Positions 1 through 13,138 of a stretch of DNA of 64,000 nt are shown in pieces. The stretch comes from Cyanophora paradoxa CCMP329 (taxonomy: Eukaryota; Plantae; Glaucophyta). The notes beneath the pieces are model-generated. The model did not search any database, was not told where the DNA came from, and saw only the letters and a program-made list of their open reading frames with translations. The stretch covers positions 124,001-188,000 of the forward strand of contig QPMI01000549.1 of the NCBI GenBank assembly GCA_004431415.1. Direction: 5' to 3'. A program made the translations under genes and the position numbers. Within the stretch, counting starts at the first letter, position 1; every line of letters starts with the position of its first letter.

Positions 1-805
1 GTGAACGCATCCGAATTCGAACGGCAGCGCACCGCGCGTCGGCGACGAGGAGGAGCACGTCGCTCTTCTCCACGACGCGCCACAGCTGCCTCCAGACTTC
101 TGCGCGCACGCACGCACCCCGCTCAGCCCCGCAGGCGGCGGGAGGAGAGCAGGCGAGCGCGGGCGCGCGCGGGCGCGCCGAGGTTGTGCTCGAAGAAGTT
201 GAGGCGCTCGGGCTCGTAGGCGGAGTAGACGCCGTCGAGCCAGCGCTGGAAGCTCGCCCGCTCGCTCGCGTCCAGCTCCTCGTGTGTCATCTCCCGGCTC
301 CACGGCGGCCGCCGCGGGATTGTGATCGTCTCCGCGTGGAAGTGGGCCGCCTCGACGGCGCCGCGGGGCCGCTCCGGCGTGAGCGGCCGGCGGCTGTCCC
401 GGATGCGCCGCTCGATTTCCTCCTTCGGCTCCGGCGCAAAGACCGTCCGGAGCTTGTCGCGCTCCGGGGCCGCTGACGCGGATGCGCCTGGCGGCTCCCT
501 CCCCCGCGCGCGGCCGCCGCCTGCGAGCCGAGACGCATGAGAGATGATCCTTTGATCATGTACACCGCCCGTCACTCGCCTGCGCGCGCTGAGCTGGCCT
601 GCGGCTGGTTGCGCCCGCCGCCGCCGCGGCGCTCGTGCTCCTGCCGGGACGGCGGCTGGGACTGCGCATGGCCGTGGGTCACGCCTCCGTGCTGCGCCTC
701 GTGCTCGCCGTCGCCGTCCGCTTGCGCTTTCTTCCTGGCTCGCTTCTCCTGTAGCTGTTTCTTCTTCGCCGCGCCTGAAAAGGCCTTCGCTCGTGTAGAT
801 TGCAT
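1..805 (-). CDS. GNL1: GNL1-like circularly permuted GTPase (YlqF/YawG family), 5' exons; continues beyond window start
   Basis: Spliced exons read MQSTRAKAFSGAAKKKQLQEKRARKK...IPRRPPWSREMTHEEL...LNFFEHNL-EVWRQLWRVVEKSDVLLLVADAR, matching the GNL1 N-terminus. Introns 579-521 and about 178-100 are GC-AG. An alternative ATG lies at 868. Confidence 0.85.
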
Positions 806-883
806 CTCGCCGACTCCTCGGGCTCGCCCGAGCGCTTGCCTCTCGACGGCGCCTCTACCCCCCCTCATTCGCCGTTCGACAAG

Positions 884-3798
884 ATGGCGCAGCGTGCGTC
901 CCCGGCCTCGCCGCCCCTCGGAATAGATGTGCCTGCTCAATGAGCTCGTCTCCGGACGGCCGCGCCATACGCGACGCGCGCCGCCCGGCCAGATTTTGTC
1001 ACTGACATGCACCGGCGCAGCGAATCCGTTCGCGGCTCGTCTCGTGAAGTCGCTTGATGGAGCGAAATACTTCTCGCTCCAGGACCTCGGCGATGCCCGT
1101 CTTGGTGCGACAGTCCCGACCTCTTGGCCGGACGTCGCCGCGGCGCCCCTCCCGGCGTCATTCTATCAAGCTAAGGGACCGTGGAGGCCGGCGGGACCGG
1201 ATCGGCGGGCCCTCCCTCCCGTCGCGCCTGTTGAAGCGCCTCTTGACCCCGAAGCGTGCGATCGCAGCTAAGCTCCCGTACTCGATCCGCATCCTCCTGG
1301 AGAGCGCCCTGCGCAACTGCGACGAGTTCTCGGTCCACTCGAAGGACGTTGAGAAGATCCTGGACTGGCAGAACACCTCGAAGCAGGATGTCGAGATCCC
1401 GTTCAAGCCCGCTCGCGTCATCCTCCAGGACTTCACGTGCGCGCCGCTCGCGCGGCTCTCTTCTGCATCGCCCGCAGCCGCTCACACGCGTGCGGCGGCA
1501 GCGGCGTGCCGGCGGTCGTCGACCTGGCGGCCATGCGCGACGCCGTGAAGCGCCTCGGCGGCGACCCGGCGAAGATCAACCCGCTCGTGCCCGTGGATCT
1601 CGTCATCGACCACTCCGTGCAGGTGACACGCGCCGGGACGGCCCCCGCGCCCCGCCCCCGCCCCCGCCGACCGCCGCGGCCGTCGCTTCGCGCAGGTGGA
1701 CGCGCACGGGTCGCCGTCGGCGCTGGAGGAGAACCAGCGGCTGGAGTTCGAGCGCAACGCCGAGCGCTTCACCTTCCTCAAGTGGGGCTCCAAGGCCTTC
1801 AACGACCTCACCATCGTCCCCCCCGGCCCGCCCCCGCCCCGCCCCCGCCCCTCCTCCCTCCCGCCCTTCTAACCTCTTCGCAGGCTCCGGCATCGTGCAC
1901 CAGGTCAACCTCGAGTACCTCGCCCGCGTCGTCTTCAACAAGGTCCTTTCCTTTCCTTTCCTTCCTTCTTTCTTTCTCTTCCTGGCTGAGGGCCGGGGGC
2001 GGGGCAGGACGGGATGCTGTACCCGGACAGCCTGGTGGGCACGGACTCGCACACGACGATGATCAACGGGCTGGGCGTGTGCGGCTGGGGCGTCGGCGGC
2101 ATCGAGGGCGAGGCCGTCATGCTCGGCCAGCCCGTGCGCCCTCCGCTTGATCCTGTTGGGTTCTCGAGCCGAGCTCAAGTTCGAGCTTAGGACGAGGCCG
2201 AGCTCGAACTCGAGCTTGGGATCTAAAGCGCGGTCCCAAGCTTAGAACGCAAAGCGTGCTCTTTGGCTCAAGCTCGCGCGCGGCCGCAGATGTCGATGGT
2301 GCTGCCGGAGGTCGTGGGGTACGAGCTGACGGGCAAGCTCGCCCCGGGGGCCACCGCCACCGACCTCGTCCTCACCATCGTCCAGGTGCACCCCCCCCCC
2401 CCCCCCCCCCCCCCCTCTCTCTCTTTCCTCCCTCCTTTTAGGCTGGGCCTCCTCCTCTTGGCCGCGCCGCCTCCCCCGCCGCGCCCGCTCCCTCACCTCC
2501 CCACCTCCCAGAACCTCCGCAAGCACGGCGTCGTCGGCAAGTTCGTCGAGTTCTACGGTGCGGTACCCCCTGTCTCTCCACCCCCCCCCCCCCCCCCTCA
2601 CCAGGCCGGCCCCCCCGCAGGCGACGGTGTGGGCCAGCTCTCCATCGCCGACCGCTCCACCCTCGCCAACATGGCCCGTACCCCCGCGCTCCTCCCCCCC
2701 CGCCCCCCTCTGAAGCTTCCTCGTACCCCCGCGCAGGCGCCGGAGTACGGTGCGACGATGGGCTTCTTCCCCGTGGACGCCCGCACCATCGAGTTCCTCA
2801 AGCAGACCGGCCGCGACGCCGCCAAGGTCGCCCCGTACCCGCCATTCCGCCTGCCCGAGTGTCTAACGCGCGTGTACCCCCCGCAGGTCGCGACCATCGA
2901 GAAGTACCTCAAGGCCGCCGGCCTCTTCCGCAACTACGCCGACGTGCGCCCCGTACCCCCTCCCCCTTCCCCCTCCCCCCCGCCGACCTCTCCCCCCCGA
3001 CCTTGCCCAGCGCGCGTCGGACCCGGTCTTCTCGTCGACGCTGCACCTCGACCTCGCGACCGTGGTGCCCTGCATGGCGGGCCCCAAGCGCCCCCACGAC
3101 CGCGTCGCCGTCGCCGACATGAAGGCCGACTTCCTCTCCGTCCGCCCCCGCCCCCACCCCGCCCCGCCCTTTCTCCCCTCGAGCCCTGCCGAGCGGCGCC
3201 GGCCGGGGCGCAGTGCCTGGACGCCAAGGTCGGCTTCAAGGGCTACGCCATCCCCAAGGAGAAGCAGGCCGAGGCCGCCAAGTGCGCTGGCCCCCTCCCC
3301 CATCGCCGCCGCGGGCGCGAGCCCCTCTGCAGGATCACGTTCGGGGGCGCGGAGTACGAGCTGCGGCACGGTTCCGTCGTCATCGCCGCCATCACCTCGT
3401 GCGCCCGGGCTGGAGGGGGGGGGGTGGGAGGCAGGGCTACAGCCTAGCGGGGCAGCGGGAGGCCGAGCCGAGGGCGTCGAGGGCGCGGCGCGGCTCCGGC
3501 TCTGACGTCTCTCTGACTGCGAACGAAGGTGCACGAACACGTCGAACCCGTCGGTGATGCTCGGCGCGGCGCTCGTCTGCAAGAAGGCCGTCGAGGCGGG
3601 GCTCTCCATCCGCCCCTACATCAAGACATCCCTCTCCCCCGGCAGGTCCGCACCCCTTCTCCCCGCCCCGCCCTTTCCTTGCCTGCTCGGGACCGACGCC
3701 CCAACCCGCCCCGCCCCGCGCCGCAGCAACGTCGTCACGCAGTACCTGACCCGCTCGGGCCTCATCCCCTTCATGGAGAAGCTCAACTTCCACGTCAC

Positions 3799-3834
<36 letters not shown>

Positions 3835-5988
3835 GTGCGAACTGTACCCCCCTCTCCTCGCACCCCCCCTGCACCCCTGATCCCGTACCCCGCAGCGAGA
3901 TCCCGAACGAGGTCGCCGAGGCGATCACCAAGAACGAGCTCGTCGCCGCCGCCGTGCGCTCCCTCCCCCCTCCGGGGGGTACGTGTGCTTCTCCGTCCGC
4001 GTCCGACGGGGAGGGGGTACAGGTCCTCTCCGGCAACCGCAACTTCGAGGGCCGCGTGCACCCCAACACCCGCGCCAACTACCTCGGTGAACCCGTACCC
4101 CCATCTCCCACTTCTCGAGAGCTCATTTACGTACCCCCAGCCTCGCCCCCGCTCGTCGTGGCGTACGCGCTTGCGGGCCGCGTTGACATCGACTTCGAGA
4201 AGGTCCGTACCCCCTCCTCGATCCTGTACCCCGCCCCTCCCCGAACCCGTACCCCAGGAGCCGATCGGCACGGGCGCCGGGGGCAAGCCGGTCTTCCTGA
4301 AGGACATCTGGCCGAGCCACGAGGAGGTGCCGTACCCCCCTCCCGCCCCGTTTCCCTGCAGGCCGCGCCGTTTTCGAGTACCCCGCCCGCAGGTCGCCGC
4401 CGTCGAGGGCCAGTACGTCGTCCCGGACATGTTCCGCGACGTGCGCTCGAACCCCCGCCGGCCCCTTTTCTCGCTGACCCTCTCCTTCCTTTCAGGTCTA
4501 CTCGAAGCTGGCGAACGGCACGGCGCGCTGGAACGCGCTGAAGGCGCCCGAGGGCTTCCTGTACCCCTGGGACGAGTCGACGTACATCCACAACCCGCCC
4601 TTCTTCCAGACGATGGAGCTCACCGCCCCGACCCGCCCCTCGATCCAGGTCCCCCGCCCTTGACTTCGCCCCTGCGCCGCAGCGTCCTGGCGCTGACTCG
4701 GAACGCAGAACGCGTACGTGCTGCTGAACCTGGGCGACTCGATCACGACGGACCACATCAGCCCCGCCGGCCGCATCGCCGCCAAGTCCCCCGCCGCCCG
4801 GTACCCCCCCCGCGCCCCGCCCCGCCCCCTCCCCCTCTAGCTTCTGACCTCTTCCCCTCCTCCTCCTCTTCGCCGGGGCAGCTACCTGGCGTCGAAGGGC
4901 GTGGAGCAGAGGGACTTCAACACGTACGGCGCCCGCCGCGGCAACGACGAGGTCCCCGCGCCCCCGCCCCCGCCCCTCGCCTTGGCCCCGCACCGCTTAG
5001 CCCTCTTGCCGCCTTGTCCTCTCACCCCCTCTCTCCCGATCCGCCGGGCTCGGCTGACCCCGTACCGCGCCCCAGATCATGGCCCGCGGCACCTTCGCCA
5101 ACTCGTCCATCCTCAACAAGGTGCGCGCCCGCGCGCCCCGCCGCGCCCCTCGGCCGGGCTCTGAACCGACGGCGGCGGCCGCGGCGCGCAGCTGAACGCG
5201 ACGGCGGCGGGGGAGGCGCCGAAGCCGTCGGCGCGGACGGTGCACGTGCCCAGCGGCGAGGCGATGGACACCTTCGACGCCGCCATGCGCTACAAGGCCC
5301 GCCGCCCCGCTCGCCCCCCGCCTCCCGCCCCGTCCCGTCCCGTCCCGTCCCCATCTATCTTCCTGAACGAGGCTTTGGGGCGGGGCAGGCGGACGGCCAG
5401 TCGGTGATCATCCTCGCCGGCGCCGAGTACGGCTCCGGCTCCTCCCGCGACTGGGCCGCCAAGTGCGTATGAATCATCACCGTTTAGAGGAACCTTCGAT
5501 TCTCGCGCGAATCTTTCCTTCCCCCGGGATTCATTTCCTTCCCACGCCTGATGCGCCGCCTCCCTCGCTCGCTGCGCGCAGGGGCCCGTACCTGCAGGGC
5601 GTGCAGGCGGTGATCGCCGTCTCCTTCGAGCGCATCCACCGCTCCAACCTCGTCGGCATGGGCATCGTGCCCCTCCAGGCCCGCCCCCGCCCCGCCCCGC
5701 CACCCGCCCTCTCCTTCGGCCTCGGCCCCGCCTGACGCCCACCCGTGCAGTTCAAGGCCGGCGAGTCGGCCGACTCTCTGAAGCTCACCGGCCGCGAGCA
5801 GGCCCGCCCCGCCCGCCCCGCCCCCGCCCGCTCTCTCGGGCCGAGAGGCCTCTCCGCCCCCCGCCGGCTCGAACCCCGCCGCGCGCAGTTCTCGGTCGAC
5901 CTCTCCGGCGAGCTGACCCCGGGCCGTGACGTCACCGTGCGCCCCCCCCCCCCCCCCCCCCCTCCCCCTCGCTGCGGCCGCGAGCGCC

Positions 5989-6028
<40 letters not shown>

Positions 6029-6233
6029 CGGCCGCAGGTCAAGGTCTCGGACGGCCGCTCCTTCACCGCCAAGCTCCGCTTCGACACGCCCGTCGAGGTC
6101 GCGTATTGTGCGCGCGGGGGGCGCCGGTGCCGCGCCCCGCCGGCCCCCGCCCGCGTAACCGCGTACCCCCTTCGCAGACAAGAACGGCGGCATCCTGCAC
6201 TACGTCCTCCGCCAGATGCTCACCGCCAAGTGA
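884..6233 (+). CDS. ACO1: Cytosolic aconitate hydratase (IRP1/AcnA type), 33 exons and 32 short introns
   Basis: Manually spliced from ATG 884 (MAQPNPFAARL) through [114 protein letters not shown] to TGA at 6231-6233. Confidence 0.97.
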
Positions 6234-7030
6234 GCGGCCGGTGCGCCGCTCCCTTCCCCCCTCCTGCTCGCGCCGCGCCCGCCGCCGCCGCCGCGATCGG
6301 CCCCGCCCTCGGCTCACTTCGGGCTGCTGCTCGGCCAGGACGCCGACGCCGACGGCGGCGGGGCCGCCGGGCAGACCCCTCTCCCCCCCGAGCAGCTTCA
6401 GCGTAGGACAGTGCTTGCGAGATCGACGTTTTCGCTTTTCAATTTTAATTATCGCCTGGACTTGCGGAATTGAACTGCAGCGCGTACGGGGTTGCTCATG
6501 AGCATGATTTCTCGTCCTTGGTTTCTGCGGGTACCCTCCGTCCTCGAGTTCGTCTGTGGTTACTCGGGAAGGGCCGGCGCCGGCGCGGGCGCCGCGGTTG
6601 AAGGGGTCGTATCTAGATAGGGGCGCGGGGGCGGGCCGGGGGACCGCCAGGGAGCAGGTAAGCTTCAGGGCGCTTGGCCCGGCCCAGTGGCGCGGAGGGC
6701 CGCGGCCGCGGAATTCGCCGAGTCGAAGGCCGGCCGCAGGGGGAGCCCCGCGGCGGGGCCGGGGCCGGGGTTGGCCGGCCGCGAATCCGAAGGGCGCCGC
6801 GATGGTGCCTGCATTAGATCGGGCCGGCGAGGAGATTTAGAGCTCGATGCGCGCACGGCCCCAGGAGAATTCAAAAGGGACCTCGGCAGTGAATTTCGAG
6901 GGGGCCGCCGTTGGCAATCAGATCTAGAGGCTCGAAGATGCCAGTCGGGTCTTAAATCGGCGCACTCTAGCAGATTGCGATTGGCGCGCGCGGGGATTAT
7001 TGCCCGGACTTGCAAAATTGAACTGCAACG

Positions 7031-10000
7031 TCAACGGGGATTGTCACAGTGTTGAGGCATTTCGATTCGAATACGCATCGCGAGTTCCTTCTTTAACTGA
7101 GCGGAAAGGCAGCCGCTAGCTGCCGGCTCTTGCGAACCCGGGCCTCGCGGCGGGGGCGGGGGCGGGGCGGGGGCGGGGCGGGGCGGGGGCGGAGACGGGG
7201 ACCGGGGCGTGCACGACGGCGGCCGAGGCGGGCCGCGGGCTGACGGGGCGCGCCAGGCCGCCGGGGCTGAAGGGTTGGCGGCGAGGAGGGGCGCGGGGAC
7301 CGCGGGGCGGGAGGGCGGCGAGGCGTCGGGCGGGGAGGGGGCGGCGGGGGCGGGGAGGGCGCGGCGGAGCCGGTGAGGCTCGGGAGCGGTGCGGGCGGTG
7401 CGGGGAGGGCGAGGCCGGCGGCGGCTGCGCGGGCGCCCGCGGGCTGAGGGGCGGGACCGCCGCCGAGGGGGGATCTCAACGCCCAGCGAGGGGCGCCGGG
7501 GGCCCGGGGCCGGTGCGCTCAGGTCCTGCCCCTGCAGCGAGGGCCGCCGCCCGACCGCCGCCGCGCGGTCTGCCGCCGCCGCCACCGCCGCCGCGAGCGC
7601 CGCCGGCGTCGACGAGGCGGGCGGGGAGAGGGGGCCGGCTTTTGCGGCCGCCGGCGGCGGGGCGAGAGGCGCCGCCTTGGCTGGCGCCGTGCCCGGCGGG
7701 GTAGACGACCCCGCGGTCAGTCTGGCGGGTACGGGAATCAGCGGCGGTCGGAGGGGGTGGGGGGTACGACCGGAAAGGGGACGCACATGAAGCCCCCCCC
7801 GATCCGGCGCATGTTCTCCTGGCGCCTCGGCTCGGCCCTGGAAGGGGGGTATAGGTCGGTTGGGGGGTACAGGAGCCGCGGAGGCGCGGCAGGCGGGGCG
7901 GGCCGCGCACGGGGCGATGCGGATGCTGCCCGATTTCGGGGGAGCCTGCTTGGCCTTCTCCTCCTCTGCGGGACGCGTGTTCGAATCCAGGGGCCTCCGC
8001 ACTCCGGTACGGAGAGGGTCAAGGGGGTGGGGGCGTACCGAGCTTCTTCTTGCGCTCCTCCTCGCGCTTCTTCTTCTCCTCTTCGGCCTTCCGTTTCCTC
8101 TCCTCTTCGAGCCGCTTCCGTTCCTCCTCCTCCTTTCTCTTTCGCTCCTCCTCCTCCTCTTTCCTCCTACGCTCCTCCTCCTCTTGTTTCCTGCGCGCGC
8201 AGACCTCGGCTGACCGGCGCCGCCGCGGCGTATCCCCCCGCGTCTTTCTCTCACCTCTTCCTTTCCCTCTCGGCGGCGTCCTCCTCCGCCTTCTGCTTCC
8301 GGGCGCGCGCCGCCTCCTCCTCCTCCTCCCTCCTCTTCTGCTCCGCTAGCCGCTCTGCCGGCCGCGACCTCCCGTCTCGGACCGGCGCGAGGGAGAGCCG
8401 GGCGGGGCGCGGGGGGGGCGAACCCTCCTCCTCCCTCCGCTTTCGTTCCGCCTCTTCCTCCTGCTGTCTCCTCTCCTCCTCCTGCCTCCTCTTCTCCTGC
8501 GGCCCGGTCAAGCTTCGTCCCCCGAAAGACCGGAGCTCCCGCTGGGCTGGGGCGGGCGGGGCGCGCCTCCTCCTCCTCCCTCCTCCTCGCCGCCGCCTCC
8601 TCCTCCTCCTCTTTCCGCTTCCGCTCCGCTTCGGCCTGCGCCTCCGCCTCCGCCCTGGCCCGCTCTGCAGCACGCGCGCACAGCAATCGATATCAGGAGC
8701 GATCAAGCAATCATCGCTGAGGGGGGGCAGGGGCGCGGGCCCTCTGCGAGGCGGCGCTCCTCGCGGGCGGCGCGGGCCGCCTCCTCCTCCGCCTCGGCGC
8801 GCCGCCGCTCCTCCTCCACCTGCCCCGCCCCTCAGCCCAAGGCGACACGGCCGCCCCCGCCCCTCCGCCCCCCGCGCCGTGGGCCCCGCCCCTCAGCCGA
8901 AGGATACGGGGCCCACCGCCCTTCAAACTATCTATCGCCCCCTCTGTCCCCGCCCCGCGCCCCCGCAGCCCGCCCGTCTGACCTTGCGGCGGAGCTCGTC
9001 GGCGAGGCGGGATGCGACCTCCTCCTCCTCGCGTCGCCGCCGCAGCTGCCGCAGCCGCTCCCCGTCCTCCGCAACGACCAGCACGTGCGTCCGCCCCGAC
9101 CTGCGGGGCGCGCGGGTCCAGGCGTGCGGGGAGGGGCGGGAGAGGGGGGAGAGGGGGGCATCGCCACGCACGCGACGGCGGTCGCGCGGCGCTCCCCGAG
9201 CGCCAGCCGCTTCGGCCTCAGCGTCTCCGGGTCCTGCGCGGCGCACTCGATCCCGTGGGGGCGGAAGGGGGGGGGGGGTACGGGGCGCGCCTGCTTGCCC
9301 TCCGCCACGAACGAGTCCCATCCGAAGAGCCACCCCCAGAGCCACACCTGGTAGGGGGGAGAGTCGAGGGGGGTACGGGTGCAGTAGATGGGGGGGGGGG
9401 GGGGGGGGGGAGCGCGGACCTCGCCGCCCGTCGTGAGGACGCACGTGTGGCCCACGCCGCACGCGATCGCCCGCACGGGGAGCGCCTTGTCCCCCGCCAG
9501 GCCCTCCACGCGCTAAAAATAGAATCAGGGGGGTACGCCCCGGAGCGGGGGCGCGCGGCGGGCCTTGGGGGAGCGCTGGCTCTTCGTGTCCCCGTGGCCC
9601 AGCTGCGCGGGGTCCGTCAAACCCCGCCGCGCGTCCAACCCCAGCGGGCGGGGAGCAGGTGGCGGACCTGGCCGCAGCCGCCCCAGCCCCAGGTGAAGAG
9701 CTCGCCGGCCTCGGAGACGGCCACCGTGAACTCCTCCCCGCACGCCACCCGCACCGCCCGCGTCCCCTGCAGCCCCTGCCCCGCCCTGCCCGTCGGTGCC
9801 CGGGGGGGGGGGCGGGAAGAGGGGGGTAGGGGCGCACCTTGACGAGGCCCGGGAGCCAGTCGTCCTTCGTCGAGCCGTGCCCGAGCTGCAGAGGAGGGTG
9901 GTAGGGGAGGTAAGAGCTGGGCCCGGGCGCGGCACCCGCCGCGTTGCCGGCCCCGCACCTGGCCGCAGCCGCCGAGGCCCCAGGTGTAGACCTCGCCCTC

Positions 10001-11149
10001 GTCGGTGAGGACGACCGTGTGGCAGCCGCCCGTCGCCACCCCCGTCGCCCGCTTCCCCGCCAGCTTCGCAACCTGTACCCCGCCCCGCCCGCTCCCTGAG
10101 GCAAGCCGCTCCGCTGCCTGGTCGAGCCGGGGCGGGCGGGCGGGCGCACCCGCGCCGGCGTGCTCTGGTCCTGGTTCGAGCCGTGCCCCAGCTGCCCCGG
10201 CGGCGTCCGTGCGGGGTACAGAGGCGTGCGGGCGAGGGGGGTAGGGGCGCACCTGCCCGAAGTTGCCCTTGCCCCAGGTGAAGACCTCGCCGGCGGCGGT
10301 GCGGGCGACGCTGTGGCCGACCCCGCAGCGGATCTCGGCGACGCGGGCGCCCGAGAGGGCCGCCACGTGCACGGGCGCCGCCGTGCCCTCCGTCGACCCG
10401 ACCCCCAGCTGCCCGCACACGTTGCCCCCGAACGCGAAGACCTCCCCCGCGTCTGACGGCGAGTCAGCGCCGGGTCGGGTCGGCTTAGCGGGGCGGGGCG
10501 GGGCGCGCCGGTGAGGCAGACGGTGTGGCCGGCGCCGGCGGCGACCTGGACGACGCGGTGCTTGGACATGGCCGGCACGGGCACGGGGGCCAGCTGCGAG
10601 TCTCCCGCCGTCCCCAGCTGCCCGTACTTCGACCTGCGCGGCGGCGCCTCAGCGGCCGCTGCGGCGGCGGCGCTGCTCCGCGCGGGCGGCGGGCGGCGGG
10701 GCGGACCAGCCCCAGCAGAAGAGCGCGCCTCCGACTGCGATCGCTCCACGTCAGCGGGCGGGGCGGGGCGGGGCGGGGCGGCCGGGAGCGCCCGCACCTG
10801 TGAACGCCGCGCTGTGCGCTGCGCCGCACGCGACGCCCGTGCAGCACTTCTCTGCGAGCGCGGGCACTTCGGCTGGACTCCGCCGGTCCCGCTTGTCCTC
10901 AAGCCCCAGCTGCCTGCGGCGCCGCACTCTGAGCACCACGAGCGCCTCCGGAAGCAGCGCACGCTGTGCACCCGTCCTCGTTCACGCCCACGCTGAGCAC
11001 CACGAGCGCCTGCGGCAGCGCGGCATGCTCAGGCGCACTGCCGAAGACGCAGCGCGCCGCCGACCCACCTGCTCTTCTTCTACGCTCTGCTCCAGCGGGC
11101 CGCCACCATCTTCGGACTTCGCCTTGGCAGGCGTGCCTGCTGCGGACAT
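7031..11149 (-). CDS. RCC1-repeat (beta-propeller) protein with E/R/K-rich coiled coil and Pro/Ala-rich C-terminus, multi-exon
   Basis: Repeated exons such as GQLG...VAAGAGHTVCLT, IRCGVGHSVART..GEVFTWGKGNFGQLGHG, VATGGCHTVVLTDEGEVYTWG, VACGEEFTVAVSEAGELFTWG, IACGVGHTCVLT. Start and end are approximate. Confidence 0.85.
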
Positions 11150-11307
11150 GCCAGCCCGCTAGGCGCTGTGCCACGAGGCGCTCTCCGCTGGATGTCGAGT
11201 CTCTCCGGTCCGCGATTCCAACTGCGTCAGCGACTTTTTTTTGCGACGGGTACGCGCACATCTAAACCAGGCGACTCTGACTCTCTGAGGCGATCCAGGC
11301 AGCGCCG

Positions 11308-12610
11308 ATGAGTGACGACGAAGCGCGGTCACGATATCGACGTCGACGTAGCTTGCGCGAAGTCTCCGTGAGTGATCATGAGGAAGAGCGCGCCAGGCAG
11401 CAACCTCAATCTTCGGCGGGGACGCAACAACTTTCGCAACAGCAGAGCGCGGAGCTCGCCGAGTACGCGAGCCTGAAGAGCGACCTGCTCGCAGACTTCG
11501 GCGACCTCTTCGAGCGCTGCTGCGTGCGCGGTGATTCTGCGTCTTGTCCCGTTCCGCCGGATGTCGTCATCATCTGCCGTACGGAGCTCGAGGATCCGCA
11601 CGCGTACGCTCCTGGTGCGATCGTTTCTCGCTAGCTCTTTCATCGCACCAGGCTCACAGCTTGCGCTTACGTTCTTCCAGCTCACAAGGAATCCCAGAGT
11701 AGCGCGCGAGGCGCCGGCTCGAGCTCTGCCGGGGGCGCTGGTGGCCACGGTACGCGCAGGCGCCCTGCCTCCTATCGCGCTAGCGTACGCGTTGCACATA
11801 CTTTGCTTCACGACCTTCGTTTGCGCGCACATGCACAGAGCCCCCGGCGAAACGCACGCGGGCGTCGGAACCTCTCTCGCGAATCCCCGCGCACTCTTTC
11901 ATTCTAGAGATCTGAAGGCGCGCGGGCACGCTCTCGCCGCCGGCCCCTGTCCCCACGCGGCGATCGCTGACCTGGCCCCGACCCCAAAGATGCGGAGCGA
12001 GTTCTTCCGGGCGATGCTGGGGGCGCGGCTGCGGGAGGCGGAGACGGGGGAGATCGACATGAGCGCGTACCCCCGGGAGACGGTCCTCGCCCTCCTGCGC
12101 TTCCTCTACACCGGCGACCTCCCCGTGCGCTCCGCCCGCGCCGCTTCCCCTGCGCCTCCCCTCACGCCGCGCAGGTGGCCCTGCGGCAAGCGAAGGCGGG
12201 CGGCGCGGGGGGCCAGCAGCTGCAGGCGCTGGAGGGCGCCCCCCTGGCGCAGCTCCTCGAGCTGGCGCGGGCGGCCCACTACTACCGGCTCCCGCGCCTG
12301 CTCGCCCGCGTCGAGGGGCGGGCGGCGGCCGCCGGGCTCGGCAGCGCCGCCGCCGCCCTCGACGCCCTCGCCGCCGCCGAGGAGCTCGGCAGCGCCCCGG
12401 TCCGCCCCGCCCGCCGCGCCCGCCGCGCCCCGCCCCCGAAGCTAAGCTGAGCGGGGCAGCTGCGGGGGCGGCGCTGGGGTACGTGCGGGGGAACAAGGCG
12501 GGGGTCGCCTCCTCGGCGGCCTTCCGGGCCCTGGCGGGGCGGGGCGGCTGCGAGGACCTCCTCGTCCACGTCGCCGTCGCCCTCGCCTCGCCCTCCGATC
12601 CCGGTTGTAG
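11308..12610 (+). CDS. BTB/POZ domain protein (paralogue 1)
   Basis: PDVVIIC...RSEFFRAML...REAETGEIDMSAYPRETVLALLRFLYTGDL...LELARAAHYYRLPRL is a BTB signature. TAG at 12608-12610. Confidence 0.85.
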
Positions 12611-13138
12611 CTGCGACTAGGATTGGATGGCCGCCGGGCGCGCCGGGGGGCCGGCCCGGGCGTGCCCCTCTCGCCCCGCCCCGCCCCGCCAGCGCCGCCC
12701 GCCGGGCGCCCTCGGGGCCTTGGCCTCAATCGTTTTTCCCTCGCCTGGCCTATGCCTTCAGGTCAGCGTGCAACGCATCCTTTTTCATGCATGTTAACTT
12801 TGATAGCAAACAAAATGCTATATATATGTACAGCCTGTTTCAAAAATCAAGCTAGTACGTTCCAGGATCCTTCTGTAAAGAAAATGTCATAATTACAGGA
12901 GCTGCGCATGCAGCAGCAGGCACGGCGTGGAGCAAAGCAATGCTGTGAACTAGATCTAGAGGTGAAATTTAAAAACGCGAGAGCGCGGCAGTAACGATTG
13001 CGGGGGGCGGCGTCGGGAGGGCGGTGGGGGCCGAAGCTGGGGGGCGAGCTCGAGGCGGGCGGCGGGCCGCCGGGCAGCGGGCGGCGGGGCCCACGAGGGG
13101 GCCCCCGCCCGGGTCGAGCGCTAGCGAGGGCAGCTAGC

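Noticed and set aside
559-576. TGTACACCGCCCGTCAC resembling the universal SSU rRNA segment
   Set aside because: Short, lacks two bases, lies in a GNL1 intron and has no flanking rRNA similarity.
2172-2218. About 16-bp imperfect hairpin in aconitase intron 7
   Set aside because: No TSD or second copy seen; too weak to call a MITE or regulatory RNA.
5990-6026. (CCCCGA)n hexamer run, telomere-like
   Set aside because: Short intronic microsatellite with no other support.
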